Assembly: GCF_011386835.1 (NCBI RefSeq)
Contig: NC_088810.1
Span: 23,312,001 to 23,376,000, forward strand
Reading direction: 5' to 3'
Length of the DNA stretch: 64,000 nucleotides
From: Chrysemys picta bellii
Lineage: Eukaryota
Below the pieces are notes generated by a model, which ran no database searches, was not told where the DNA came from, and was given only the letters and a program-made list of their open reading frames with translations. Of this stretch, positions 11,969 through 24,672 are shown piece by piece. The first letter of the stretch is position 1. Each line of letters begins with the position of its first letter. Made by a program: the position numbers and the translations under genes.

Positions 11969-12522
11969 CAGGGCCGGTTCCAGGCACCAGCCCACCAAGC
12001 ATGTGCTTGAGGCGGCGCCTGGAGGGGGGCGGTGCGGCGGGGCACTCGGGCCTGAGAGCGGGGCCGCGACTGGGCTCGCCCCCTCCCCGCGGCACTCCGG
12101 ACTCTGGGGAGAGCGGAGCCGCAGCGGGCTCGCTGCCCTCCCCCTGGCACTCAGGCCGGTCGGGGAGAGCGCAGAGCCGCGGTGGGCTCGCCACCCTCCC
12201 CCCAGCACTCTAGCCGCCGGGGAGGGCGGAGAGGCCCGGCTGGGATCGCCGCGCTCCTCCCGGCGCTCTGGCCACTGGGAGTTCTCCGCCCTCCCCCTGG
12301 TGCTCTGGCCGCCGGGGAGAGCAGACAGCCCCGGCCGGGCTCTCCACCCTCCTCCTGGCACTCTGGCCACTGGGGAGAGTGGAGAGCCCCGGCCGGGCTC
12401 TCCGCCCTGCTCCCAGCGCTCCGGCTGGTCGGGGATTGCGGGCCCGAGCCAGGCTCGGCGCCCTCCCCTGCCGTGCTGCGGGGGGCCAGGCGGTGGGTGG
12501 CTTTTTTGCCTAGGGCGGCAAA
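11969..12522. mobile_element. Duplicate of the 1993-2546 MITE
   Basis: Near-identical, same breakpoints, so it was copied with the segmental duplication. Confidence 0.7.
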
Positions 12523-13812
12523 GTTTCAAGGATATAAACTCTTGTGCTTCAGGGTATCATCCAATAATGTAGGTTAGAGCTAATTGATGGGGGATAGTGA
12601 CCCTGTACCTCTGTTCTCCTGGGTTACTTGAACTCCCAGTAAAGCCTCTGGTACTGACCGCTGATAGAGAGAGGTCTGATCATCTATAGAAATGTCTCTG
12701 TTCTTCCGTTCCAGAGAGGAGTCCATAGGTATGGTGTGACATTGAAGAGTAGAGCTGTATTGCCCTTAAATAAAACCTGTGCACAGATGGATATATCTCC
12801 CCTCACCAGTTAAATATTATGACATGTTCTTGGTCTGCATAATTTTTTCCTTTTGTGTCATCCAATCAAAAATTTGATTATTGGAAAATATTCATCTTCT
12901 GGGAGCTGAAGGGCACAAAAATGTTGACGACATGTGTAGATGAAAATGTAGTTTTTAATTTGAAGTTCCTGCAATATCATGCCATGATAGACCCTGGGGA
13001 TATGATATATATGGAGTGTAGTGAGCAACAGCAACCTCAAAAGCCATTAGATTCTTGTACTACATTAACTTGTGGATTTAAAATTGAGAAGAGCTTTCTA
13101 GTAAACAGCCAAATCTTCAAAGCGCTCAAGAAGCAAAGGCTGTCTGTTTCCAAAGATACTCTGCCATTCAAGGGGTCGGGTCTAGACTTAACCATGCATT
13201 AACCAAGCAATTTGCTGGTCAATTTTCTTTTCCTTCTGAAAACCTGGTCCCTTCTCCTGCAAACAGTCACACCGATGCTTACCATGAAACCAAAGGAAAA
13301 ATGTACATTCTTTAAGTGACAATATGTATAAATCATTTCAGAAAAAGACACTTTGCTTAACCAGGTAAGGAAAGGAGGAACTCTTTGCAGAGGGCTTGCA
13401 TAATCCTATGGACCTCTACAAGGGCCAGATTCACTCCATGGCTTTCAAAGTTGCAACTTGAGATGTTCCCAGTACAGCAAGCTCCACAGAGATGAATTTT
13501 TGACCAAGTAGGGAGAAACAAGGAGAACCATAAGACTGATATGATGATGCAGCACAGTTTTTAATGCGAATGAAATTTGCAGTACAAAATTACAGAAAGA
13601 AACAATACAGAGCAGAACCTTTCTAAGGTCCTTGTTTTACACCAGTTGGTGGGAAATAAAACACAGCATAATAGAGGCAGAGGACTAGGCAGGTTCTCCA
13701 TTACATATCTGCCGTAGCATAATTCAAAGTGAGATGCTTACGATACATATCGGTGGAAAGGATAGAACATGTAGGGCCTATTCTACTTTATTTCATGGAT
13801 TTCCTGTTGGGA

Positions 13813-14355
13813 TTAACATGGCCCACAGTATCCACCGCGATACCTACGGCCATATCCCCCGTAACCGCATAATCCCCCATAACCACCTAATCCCCCATAA
13901 CCGTAACCTCCCCCGTAACCACACAGTCCCCCATAACCTCCTCCGTAACCACACAATCCCCCATATCTACCTAATCCCCCATAACCATAACCTCCCCCGT
14001 AACCACACAGTCCCCCATAATCACCCAATCCTCCATAACCGTAAAGGCCCCCATAACCACCGAATCCCCCTAAACCATACAATCCTCCATAATGGCCTCC
14101 ATAGCCGTTCAATCCCCCCAAACCGAATGAGCCCCCGTAGCCAGCTCCGACCACAGGTGCTCCAACGGCTCCCACGCCACTCTGCTGCGGGAAAGTGCTG
14201 AGAATTGGTCCTGGGAGGGTCACGACAACCGGTGATGGTCTGATAACCACTTCAGAGTCAGGGCACTGCCTAACACACGGCTCATTGCAGCTGCCAGAAA
14301 CTGGACTGGGACGGGCCACCCCACATTCTGGATAGGACAGGCTGGAGCAAGACAT
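13813..14355 (-). CDS. Corneous beta-protein (beta-keratin), 180 aa, tandem copy of the 3837-4379 gene
   Basis: Near-identical protein (one G>D change visible in the tail). Acceptor at 14377-14378, donor at 15392-15397, TATA at 15459-15465. Confidence 0.95.
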   Translation of the reverse strand: MSCSSLSYPECGVARPSPVSGSCNEPCVRQCPDSEVVIRPSPVVVTLPGPILSTFPQQSGVGAVGAPVVGAGYGGSFGLGGLNGYGGHYGGLYGLGGFGGYGGLYGYGGLGDYGGLCGYGGGYGYGGLGRYGGLCGYGGGYGGLCGYGGGYGYGGLGGYGGLCGYGGYGRRYRGGYCGPC

Positions 14356-15391
14356 CTTTCTGTGATGGAGATAAACCTGAAACACACAACAGGGAACAGA
14401 TTCAAGAGAAGGTACAAGTGTCAGTGGAAGAAAGGCTTCAAAGCTCAGTTACTATTGTGGTGAGATCTACAAGGGCCCCGAGAGAGAGGAGAAGGAGTGG
14501 ACTTAGTCCCTATCTTCATGGTTATTATTTGTTCCTATTTCCGCTTTCTACGCCTCTTCTCCTCTCCCACTAAACTTCCCTCCCAGCCAGCCCCTTTGAA
14601 GTCCTCTCCATGATTGTGTCTGAAAAGCACCAACCGGAATCAGTGTAATTATGTCTATTATGGACAGCTGGGATTCTGTGTTCCATTTTAGACATTTCTC
14701 AATGAGAAGATGGCTCGGATAATGGTAATCGAATTCTTCTCCTTTTGGATATTGGGTGTGGCTCTTTGGTTTTCCAAACCTGGTAAATCACCAATACTTG
14801 CTGAGAAATGAACAGAAACATTTCTTTTCTCCAAACAAATCACTAAAGGCAAGATCCTTGGCTGAGGTACATTGGCTCAGGTCCATTGACTACCATCGAG
14901 CGACACTAAATTTAACCATCTAAGGAGAAGAATCTTCAATGGGTATTTCTACAGTGGATTACACCAGTTGTCAGCTAAATCCATTCTTCTGTCTGCAACA
15001 GTGATGAATAAGAGCTTCTTCAGAATAAAGTAGAAGACCACTGAATTGGCCCGTTATGGAGTAAACTGGGAACGTTTCTTCCTAATCTACCGAAAAGAGA
15101 AATGACTAAAGGATTTTATAAGGTCACTTAAAAGATTTAAATGCCCTAATTCAATTTCCAATTAATAGAAAATATATTTCCCAGTTCCATATTTTGCCTC
15201 TAAAATCCCCCCTTTAGCTTAACATCATGAATCCACCAGCCCTTGGAACTGAAATTGTGCACAATATAGTTATGGAAAATCACCCTCATCCCTGATAAAA
15301 GTCACTGAGAGTATGTGCAAGATTCAGTCTTCAATGGAAATGGAAGATACTAGGATATCTCTATGGTAAGAAAGAGAAGGAGTCAAAATGG

Positions 15392-15527
15392 ACTTACCGT
15401 GTTCACTGAGGAGATGAAGTGCAGAGAAGTGTTTAGAAGAGCCCTGAGATGTGAGCACTTTTATACAGTTTGTAGGACTGCCTGAAGGATCTGAGATGCC
15501 TTTTATGGAGGAGGTCCTAATTAGTTA
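15392..15527 (-). promoter_or_regulatory. CBP promoter module
   Basis: Same three motifs with the same spacing as 7618-7753. Confidence 0.8.
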
Positions 15528-17991
15528 CCAAAATAAACTTGACTGCCTTGCTAAATCCTCCTTTTGATGGAGCTGTTTTCCTCAGGGTTTGGGATTATTG
15601 GGCTAATCTCAGCCTGAAAGGGTGTGACATTGTTGCATTCTTCAGCTTTCTTTCATCTAACAATTGTACAAGCCAACTGCAATCCTCGTGTCATTCCACT
15701 GACTGACTTGGTGCTGCCATGAGAATGCATGTCAAGGTGATTCAGAGCTGTGTCAGTAGTACAACTGTCTGTCATGAACAGGAATCTGGTTTGGTCCTTT
15801 CCATTTATGCTGAAATGGTTAGGGGCATTGAGCAGTGCATTTTGTACCCGGTAGGAAGGAGGGAGGCATTTTTGTACATCGGGTCAGATCCCGTTCCCTT
15901 TGTAATCAAAGGGATTCATTCCATTGCCTTCAGTGTGTTTCTTCTCAGGACCTTGTATCTGAAATTCCCCCTTTAACAGGGGGATAGTATGATGTCTATG
16001 GACATTTTGAGTCCAACTTGAAACGTTCAAACTAGGACTCAGCAGGGACTGTACTAGAGCATGGGCCTTTGTGATGGCCCTCTGCCAAGGGGAGAATTTC
16101 TCCTTACAGGGATTCAAAATTAACCTAAAATTGGACCTCCACTTGTGGCACCAATTGTAAACAATTATCAAAAGAAGATTAAAAAAAATAAAATGAGCCT
16201 CTTTAAGAGTTACTTTCAGGGTTAGTGACAGATTTGGAAGCCATGATTGGTAAGTGTCCAGTAGGGTTCAAGAGATTGAGGTTAGTTTTTGGCATGAATA
16301 GTCCCAACTATTGGGGGCTTTTTCTGTCTTTGTCAGTCATGCCCTGTCTGACCTTGAACTTAACATGTCTCCGTTCACCTCTGTGTAAAACAGGTATAAT
16401 TATAATTTGAAAGCATTTCACAAACACTTTATATGGCCAAAGAGACGTACTGTATTATTATAGTAGTAATAACTTTTTACTGCAATTAGATGTTCCAATA
16501 TTCACTTTAAAAAGGCATGTCAAGGTCTCAGATGTCATTCCAGTACTCCATTCATCATTCTGAGCTCCCTCCCACTCAAATGGAGGCTCTGATTTTTTTT
16601 TGAACGTAGCTTTGTTTTCTCTTGTATATATATTTTAAAGTTTAGGGATTGAATGTGACCTGGTGTAGACCAGCATAACTCCATCAACGTCAATTTGAAG
16701 GAAGACACTTTACCCAGCCTAGGTTAGAGAAAACCTTGTGTGGAGTGTATCTTTCTGTGCATACTCCGCACCTCCACCCCCAACTGTGTGAATCAAATCA
16801 GACTTACCAAGTTCACCAAGACGAATAACCATATGGAGTTAAGAACAAACTATTGGAACATCTAATTTCAGTAAAAAGTTATTACTACTGTACTATAATA
16901 ATACAGTACGTCTCTTTGGCCGTATAAAGTGTTTGTGAAGTGCTTTCAAATTATAAGTAGTAATAACTTTTTACTGCAATTAGATGTTCAAATACTCACT
17001 TTAAAAATGCATGTCAAGGTCTCAGATGTCATTCCAGTACTCCGTTCATCATTCTGAGCCCCCTCCCCCTCAAATGGAGGATCTTTGATTTTTTTGAATG
17101 TAGCTTTGTTTTCTCTTGTTTGAAGGAAAGCACTCTACCCAACCCAGGTTAGAGAAAATCTTGTGTGGAGTGTATCTTTCTGTGCATACACTGCACCTCC
17201 ACCCCCAACTGTGTGAGTGAAATCAGACTTACCAAGTTCAACAAGACGAATAACGCTAGATAAGTGATCTGAAAAGTTCTAAGTTGCAGGTGCTTTCATA
17301 TGATTTAGAAAGGACGTGAGATGACCTTTTCTTCTGATGAGGACCTTATTAGCTACGAAACCAATCTTGTTGCATTCATAACAACTTCCGTGGATGTAAA
17401 TGTTTTCCTCATTGTTTGTGATTATTAGTGTAAAGCTACAATTAATGAAATTTTAATACAAAAATTAAGAGGCTGTATATCATGGCCTGAGTAGGGAGGG
17501 ACATGAGAGACCTTGCCATGTATGTTTTGAGGTGACTCAAGCACTCAGGACTGGGCGTCTAACACAAAGAGGACACCCTCAATATTATAATAATAAAACA
17601 CTTTGCACTTATAAAAGCATAATGAGTGTTTTTGCAATGCCTTGAAATTCATAGTCCCAAGGAAGCCTCACACGTAGCATAACTGTTGTTATCCCTGTTT
17701 TATATGCAGAGACACAGAAGAACATTGAGGTGAAGATTATACACTGAATCCACTTAAAGAATTACACACAAAATGCCCATTAATTCCAAGATATGCTATA
17801 AAATAAAGCCTAACTATAACCTCAGCAAATTGACTGGTGCATGGAAAAGTTCTATTATCCCGTTGATGGAAGAGATGGAAAAATACCTTTTGGAAAATAT
17901 AGGCTTTGAAAGTTTACTTTCATTGGTCACTGTGCTTTTTCTGTCCTCTACTCATTGCTGTGTGTTGCAAGTTGACTTCCGTTGCAGAAAG

Positions 17992-18174
17992 ATGTCTTGC
18001 TCTAGAAACCCATGACGGGTGGTACCATGTGGGGTGACAGGCCCTCAGTCAGTTGCTACGCGCTGCAATGAGCCATGGATTAGGCCGTACCAAGACTGCA
18101 GAGTGTTTATCTACCCACCACTGGCTGCTGTGACTAACTTGGGACCAATTGTCAGCTCTTTTCCTCAGGAGTGA
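17992..18174 (+). pseudogene. Ancient divergent CBP relic, third copy
   Basis: Duplicate of 909-1091 with the same stop at codon 8. Confidence 0.8.
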
Positions 18175-19389
18175 GGAGTTTTAAGATGAAAGAGAGGTCC
18201 AGAGTGTATTGTGCATGTCCTACCATATGGAGTTTAGAACAAACTAATCATCAAAAACACAGAGGAAAAAAATACATCAATTGAAGGGGTTACACACAGT
18301 TTGTTTCATAACTAATTAGATTTACAGGAACAAAGGACCTCTCTAGTCCTCTACAAAACTGTATAAAAACACTCATGACTCAGAAGTCTTCAAACCACCT
18401 TTTTAACTTATTCTCTTCCATGAATTGGGTAAGTCCTATTCGATTCATTCTCTCTTTAATCTTTGAGATGATGTGTTAGCATGTCAGTGATAGTTTTAAT
18501 TTAGGACTGAATCTTGCACATACACTCCGTGATTCTTAACAGCGTTAAGGGTTTTGTTTGGTTCTTTCTCAATATCTTTTAGTCCATTATAAAGTTGCAG
18601 GAATTTTTTTCTTCGGTTTAGAAGCTAAGGCTCGAATTTTCAGAACAAGACATGCATTTGTAACACTAGATCTTATTGATTTCAGTTAGAACTTGGGCTT
18701 TCAAATCCCATAGGTAGCTCTGAAAATTCTCACCCCCAATTTTTAATTTAGGTTTTAGGAAGAAATTCCCTAAGTTTACTCCATAAATGACAAATTAATT
18801 GTTCTTGTTCCTTGTGAAGCAGTTGGTAAGTGACACATCTGTTCCAGCATGCCAATTGCTACATTTTAAGGTGCAGAGGTAAGTATAGCTTCAGCTCCTG
18901 ATCTCGTCTAACTTAGTGTAGCTCCAGTGAAGTCAGTGGAAAGTGCAGATTTGCACCAGCAGAGGAAGTGATGTTTAGTGTTTTGTTTTTATTTTTCAAA
19001 AGCCAAACACTTTCCTTTATCCATCAGCAAGTACTCATGACACACTAAGTTTACAAACCAAAGTACCACATTCTGATACTGGACTGTTCTTGTTTGTATG
19101 TAGAGGTTATAGGCTAACAAAGAAATTAGCATTATTTATTGTATTCCAACCATTTTCTGTGTTATAATTTTTAATTTACTGAAAATCCAAAGTATTAAGG
19201 ACACAAATTTTATATATTTATACCACATAGACACAGGATTTTTTCGGACAAAGACAGTAACAAAGATTCAATAGAGCTGGTTAGGGTGGTGACTAAGGGT
19301 AAGTAGAGCAAGAAGACTAAAAGCAGAATACAGGACCAGAGTTGGAGACATGAAGAGAGGGGCTAGGTCTGTCTTTGTTACTCTCTCTC

Positions 19390-20270
19390 GCTCTCTCTCT
19401 TTAGGTCTCTACATGACCTCAATTGTGTTTTGCCTTAGTTGAGACTGACCAAGGGGAAGCAAGTAATTAAAAATGGTTGCAAACAGGACTTGTTCGTCAA
19501 ATTCTACAGCTGCAATAAAGAAGGCAATTGTGTGAGAAATACATCACTTTGGAGCTGGTGATAGGATATGGCCCTTCATGAAACCATGGATATATAGTCT
19601 TTCTTTACTTTTCTTTTGAAAATTTTCTACTCTCCTTTATTTCAAATTCAAATACAGAATGTATTATACTATTGGTCTTCTAGTTAAAATTTCTCCTCCA
19701 TTCGTGATCTTTTCATATCATGAAAGGCTTCCACATCACTTGGCCAAAAGTGTCTCCCAGTTTTGGACACCTCCAGTGTTGCTGTACAACTCAATAAAGC
19801 TCGCGGCCTGTTATCAAGAAATATTGAGCATGGAAAGTTCCCGTTAGCTTCAATAGGAGTTTTCAGTACTCAGCAGTCCAGAAAAATGGGCCTGGAGCCT
19901 CTCCTGTCAGGCATCTAAACTTAATGGCTCGTTTGGAAAGACATTTTCTTAGATGTTTCCAGAACTAAGACCGTTGTTATATTTGCTGATTTAGCCCAGG
20001 TCCAATTGTGTTACAGCTTGAGTTGACCATGAAACGCTATCACTGGAATTCAAATGATCAGAGTTTGCTAGGCCTTCCAATTTAACAATAAATAAAGAAA
20101 AATTAAGTAGATATTTTAGAGAGGAAGACTGGCAATATTAGGGCATTTGTTCTCAATGAAGTTTGTGATTTGCCAGTGAAAGACTCATTCCTTAATGGGA
20201 AAAGTTTCTTCCTCAGCAGTTCAGGACTTTTTAAATTGGTATTGATCCTCAAGTATCTCAAAGGAGAGAC
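19390..20270 (-). repeat. Inverted copy of 9755-10240 (and of 1-200)
   Basis: 19400-19590 is the reverse complement of the window start. 19600-19740 and 20115-20260 match 9755-10020 reversed. Confidence 0.75.
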
Positions 20271-21214
20271 ATGAGTTGGGACATGTCTCTTGGTGATGTG
20301 GACAGAATGGTGCTTGCAGAAAATAGAGGAAATGAGGAAAAGAGGAAATAGAGACTGAGATGGATTTACAGCATTTGTTCTAGTTTCAAGGATATAAACT
20401 CTTGTGCTTCAGGGTATCATCCAATAATGAAGGTTAGATCTGATTGATGAGGGATAGTGAAAAACTTCCTTTATGGACAAGTGACCTTATACCTCAGTTC
20501 TCCTGGGTTACTTGCAACTCGCAGTAAAGCCTCTGGTACTGACTGCTAATGGAGAGAGCCCTGATCATCTATAGCAATGTCTATGTTCTCCTGTTCCAAA
20601 GAGGAGTCCATAGGTATGGTGTGATATTGAAGGGTAGAGCTGTATTGCCCTTAAATAAAACCTGTGCCAGATGGATATATCTCCCCTCACCAGCTAAATA
20701 TTATGACATGTTCTTGGAAGAGACAGGCTGATCTGGATAATTTTTTCCTTTTGTGTTATCCAATCAAAAATTTGATTATTGGAAAATATTCATCTTCTGG
20801 GAGCTGAAGGGCACAAAAATGTTGATGACATGTGTAGATAAAAATGTATTTTTTAATTTGCAGTTCCTGCAATATCATGCTATCGTAAACCCCGGGGATG
20901 TTATATAAGAATGGTAATATGGAGTGTTGTGAGGAACAGCAACCTCAAAAGCCATTAGATTCTTGTACTAAATTAATGCTCTGTGCATTAATTCATATCA
21001 CACATGAGGTTCCTGACTGCTGCAGATTCCTTTGGTGTCGTCTAATTTGTTTTATTGGCTGAACAAATTCAGTCAGGTGTGTTTGCAACATCCTTGTGAA
21101 ATCCTCTATTGGTCTTGTCATTTCACCAAGGAGTGGAGATTGCTGCTGACCAGCTGATGAACACATCAAGGCAAAGAATGAGAAGATCAATTTAATTGAC
21201 TTTTAATGGTGCAA

Positions 21215-21355
21215 CGATGGATGGGAAATAAAACACAGCATAATAGAGGCAGCATAATAGAGGCAGCATAATAGAGGCAGTTTGTCCATTACATATCTGA
21301 CATAGCATAATGCAAAGTGAGATGCTTATGGTACATATTGGTGGAAAGGATAGAA
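21215..21355 (-). pseudogene. Orphan CBP 3' UTR fragment without its coding exon
   Basis: Matches the 3' UTR at 3674-3790 (GGGAAATAAAACACAGCATAATAGAGGCAG...GGTGGAAAGGATAGAAC) and is cut off by a MITE at 21356. Confidence 0.65.
21236..21280 (+). repeat. Triplicated 14-mer CAGCATAATAGAGG
   Basis: Three tandem units; present once in intact 3' UTRs (about 3689). Confidence 0.9.
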
Positions 21356-21490
21356 CTGTGGTCCCCAACCTTTTTCGTCTGGCGGGTGCCAGACGACGAG
21401 CCATGGAGGACCGGGGCGGCGGATGAGCATCCGCCGAAATGCTGCTGACAAGCAGCATCATCCAGAGGCATCGCCGCCGAAATGCCCCGC
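21356..21490. mobile_element. Truncated DNA-transposon/MITE fragment
   Basis: Starts CTGTGGTCCCCAACCTTTTT, resembling hAT termini of the CAGTGGTCCCCAACC type. GC-rich, interrupts a CBP 3' UTR. No right terminus found; end approximate. Confidence 0.45.
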
Positions 21491-21991
21491 CTCTCCATGG
21501 GGTTCTGCTGCAGCCTTCAACATAAGCCGCTCCACTCCACTAGCCACTCCACTCTGCTCCACTCCTCCAGCTGTCCCGTGAGCCACTCCAGCCGTCCCGC
21601 AAACTGCTCAGCTCCGCTCACCGTCCCATGGGCCATGCCAAACGTCTTGCAAACTCCTCTGCCAGCCGCTTAGCAATAAATCTTCAGGCTCCGCCACTAG
21701 TTAACACATCTCAGTGTTTTCAGCTTGAAGTAGGGGAGCCCCAGTGCTGGAGCACCATTGGCCCAAAGTGAATTCAGCATATCAGCCTATAACTAGACTC
21801 TTAATGGAATCAAAATTAGCTCTGCTATTCAACAATGAAGAGAGAAGATGGTGCAATTGGGGTTTCAGGCCCTCAAAAGACACCCATACCACCAAGTACT
21901 AATACCTGTCCCTAGCCTCTCTCAATCCACTGGGTTTTGGAACCCATGTCCCTTGTCTAGCGAGTGCTACTTAGGTGATGGTGAGAACCTG

Positions 21992-22240
21992 TGTCATAAA
22001 ACAGTTTCATTGTCCTTGATTCACATAATCAGGGTAACAACACTTTATTCCTCCTGCCCCAATAACAGAGAAACTGGGGATCCCACAGCAGCCAAAGTGA
22101 CCATTTTGGGCTGCCGTGGGCTCATGCTAGGTGGGGTGGGTGTGCCTATGCAAACAAGATCAGCCCCTGAAGTTGTTTTCCACATTCGCCATAGTTCACC
22201 ACCAGATGTCAGGGTAGAGCTCATCCTGACTCTGCTTACA
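21992..22240 (-). mobile_element. Possible short solo LTR
   Basis: Minus strand runs TGTAAGCAGAG...TTATGACA (TG..CA) with an AATAAA near its 3' end. No target-site duplication found. Confidence 0.4.
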
Positions 22241-23371
22241 TCCATATACAAGGGAAACAAAGCTACTTTGGAAGAAAATCAAAGAGCTCCAATTTGGTGG
22301 CTCAGAAACATGAACTGAGTACTAGAATGACATCTGAGACCTTGACATGCAGTTTTAAAGTGAAACTAATCTTTACTTTTGGAACATCTAATCCCAGTAA
22401 AAAGTTATTACTACTATAATAATACATCTCTTTGGACGTATAAAGCTTAATGAGTGTTTGTGAAGTGCTTTGAAATGCTTACATCAGAGTACGCTTCAGA
22501 CCATCCACCATGAAAGTTATAATTATATCTGTTTGATACAGAGGTATATTAAGGTCAAGGTCAGACAGGGAGTGATTGGCAGAGTCAGAAAAAATCCGCA
22601 GTAGTTGGCAGTACTCATTCCAAACACTAACTTCAATCTCCTGAACCATTCATAGCTTCCAAATACATCACTAACCTGAGTATAACTCTTTGAAAGGCTC
22701 ATTCTGGATTTTTTTTATTTTGTTTTGATAATTGTTTAGAATTAGTGCCACAAGTGGAGGTCCAATCTTAGGTTAGTTTTGAATCCCCGTAAAGTGAACT
22801 TCTTCCCTTGGCAGATGGCCATCACAAAGGCCTATGCTCCACTACCGTCCCTGCTAAGACCTAGTTCGAAAGTTTCAAGATGGACTAAAGTTGTCCATAG
22901 ACATCGTACTATCTCCCTGACAAAGGGGGAATTTCAGACAAAGTCCCGACAAGAAACATACTGAGGCAATGGAATGATTCCCATTGATTGCAAAGGGAAT
23001 TGAATCTGACCCATTGGGGATGGAGGTGGTGAGAATGCAGAAAAATGGCTCCCTTCTTCCTACTGGGTACAAAATGCACTGCCCAATGCCCCTAACTACA
23101 ACCAGCATGAATTGAAAGGACCAAACTGGATTCCTCTTCATGGCAGCCAGTTGTACTATTGATACAGCTCTGAATCACCTTGACATGCATTCTCATTGCA
23201 GCTCCAAGGAAGTCAGAGGAATGACACAAGGAATGCAGTTGGCTCATTTAATTTTTAGATGAAAGAAAGCTGAAAAATGGAACGTCACACCCTTTGAGGC
23301 TGAGATCCCAAACCCTGAGGAAAACAGCTCCATCAAAACAAGGATTTAGCAAGGCAGTCAAGTTTGTTTGG

Positions 23372-23497
23372 TAACTAATTAGGACCTCCTCCATAAAAGG
23401 CATCGCAGATCCTCCAGGCAGTCCAACAAACTGTATAAAAGCGCTCACAATTCAGGGCTCTTCTCCAGACTTCATCTCCTTGTTGAACTGGGTACGA
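23372..23497 (+). promoter_or_regulatory. CBP promoter module with shortened exon 1 and weak donor
   Basis: TAACTAATTAG at 23372, TATAAAA at 23434, donor GTACGA. The module is 10 bp shorter than its paralogs. Confidence 0.65.
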
Positions 23498-23715
23498 CCA
23501 ATTTGATTCCATCTCTTTCTAACCATAGAGATGTGTCAGTAGGTTCCATTTTCATTTAAGACTAAATCTTACACAAACGTTCTTTGATATTTATCAGGGA
23601 TGAGAGAGTTTATTCATAATTATCTTGTGCACTTATTCATTTGCAGGTGCTGATGGATTCACAATCTTAAGCTAAAGGGGGGATATAAGGATCAGCATAT
23701 GTAATTGGGAAACAT

Positions 23716-23807
23716 CAGGGCTGGTGCAACCCATTAGGTAGGGGGGTGGCATTTCAGGGCGGGACCTTCCGCTGCCTAGGGTGGCAGAAAAGCTGGCGGC
23801 GCTCCTG
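23716..23807. mobile_element. 92-bp hAT-type MITE in a CBP intron
   Basis: CAGG...CCTG termini with a perfect 8-bp TSD GGAAACAT (23708-23715 and 23808-23815). Empty site in a paralog near 54673. Confidence 0.85.
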
Positions 23808-24672
23808 GGAAACATATTTCATAATAATTGGAAATAGAATTAGGGTATAATTTTAGAAAGTCCCTTATCAATTTTTCAGTTAGCTGTCTTAGGAGCAAAC
23901 TTTCCCTGCTTAGTCCACACAGGGCAAATTCAGTAGTCTTCTACTTTACTGTGAAGCACCTCTTACTCTTCACTATTGGAGACAGGAGAATGGAGGAAGC
24001 TGACACTTAGTGCGATCCAGTCTATCAATTCCTACATGTTTATGAACAGAAATACTCATTTGAGATGCTTCTCCTCAGATTGTGTAATTTAGTGTTGCTC
24101 CATGGAAGTCAGTGGACCCGAATCAATTTGTCTCAGCTGAGGATTTTTTCCTTAGTGATTCATTTGGAGAAAATAAAAGTTTGTTCATTCATCAGCAAGT
24201 AATGGTGATTCCAAAGGTTTGGAAAACCAAAGAGCTACGCTATAACACTGGACAGAACTATTTGCCATACAGAGGTTAATTCCTCAAAGCAAAGGATGCG
24301 ATTACTATTATCCCAGCCATGTTCTCGTTGAGAAATGTCTATAATGGACAAAGAATCCCAGCTGTCCATCAAAGAAATAGCTACACTTATTCAAGTCTGT
24401 GTTTTTCAGACAATGTCATTAAGAGGGTTTCAAAGGGACCGGTTGGGAGGGAAGTTTAGTGGGAGAGAACAAGAGGCGTAGAAAGCGGAAATAGGAACAA
24501 ATAATAACCATGAACATAGGGACTAAGTCCACCCCTCCTCTCTCTCTCGTGCTGCACATAAACCTCATTATAATGGTAACCGACCTTTGAGAACTTACTT
24601 CCACTAACACTTGTACCTTCTCTTTACTCTATGCCCTGTTGTGTGTTTCAGGTTTACCTCCATCACAGTAAG

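Larger units (their letters stand above)
1..16510 (+). repeat. Direct tandem segmental duplication, period about 10 kb (1-6560 vs 10042-16510), with a third partial copy at 17119-19040 and 20386-21000
   Basis: The first bases of the window recur at 10042. Paired track ORFs are offset by 9968-9976 bp. Confidence 0.9.

Noticed and set aside
1-16510. The 10-kb and 9.3-kb tandem copies being pure assembly artefacts
   Set aside because: The copies differ by many substitutions and private indels and have structured junctions with templated inserts. Not fully excluded without read depth and spanning reads.
21490-21720. CCACT-rich segment as a possible gene or defined element
   Set aside because: Low-complexity and repeat-like with no termini, TSD or credible ORF, so it could not be classified from sequence alone.
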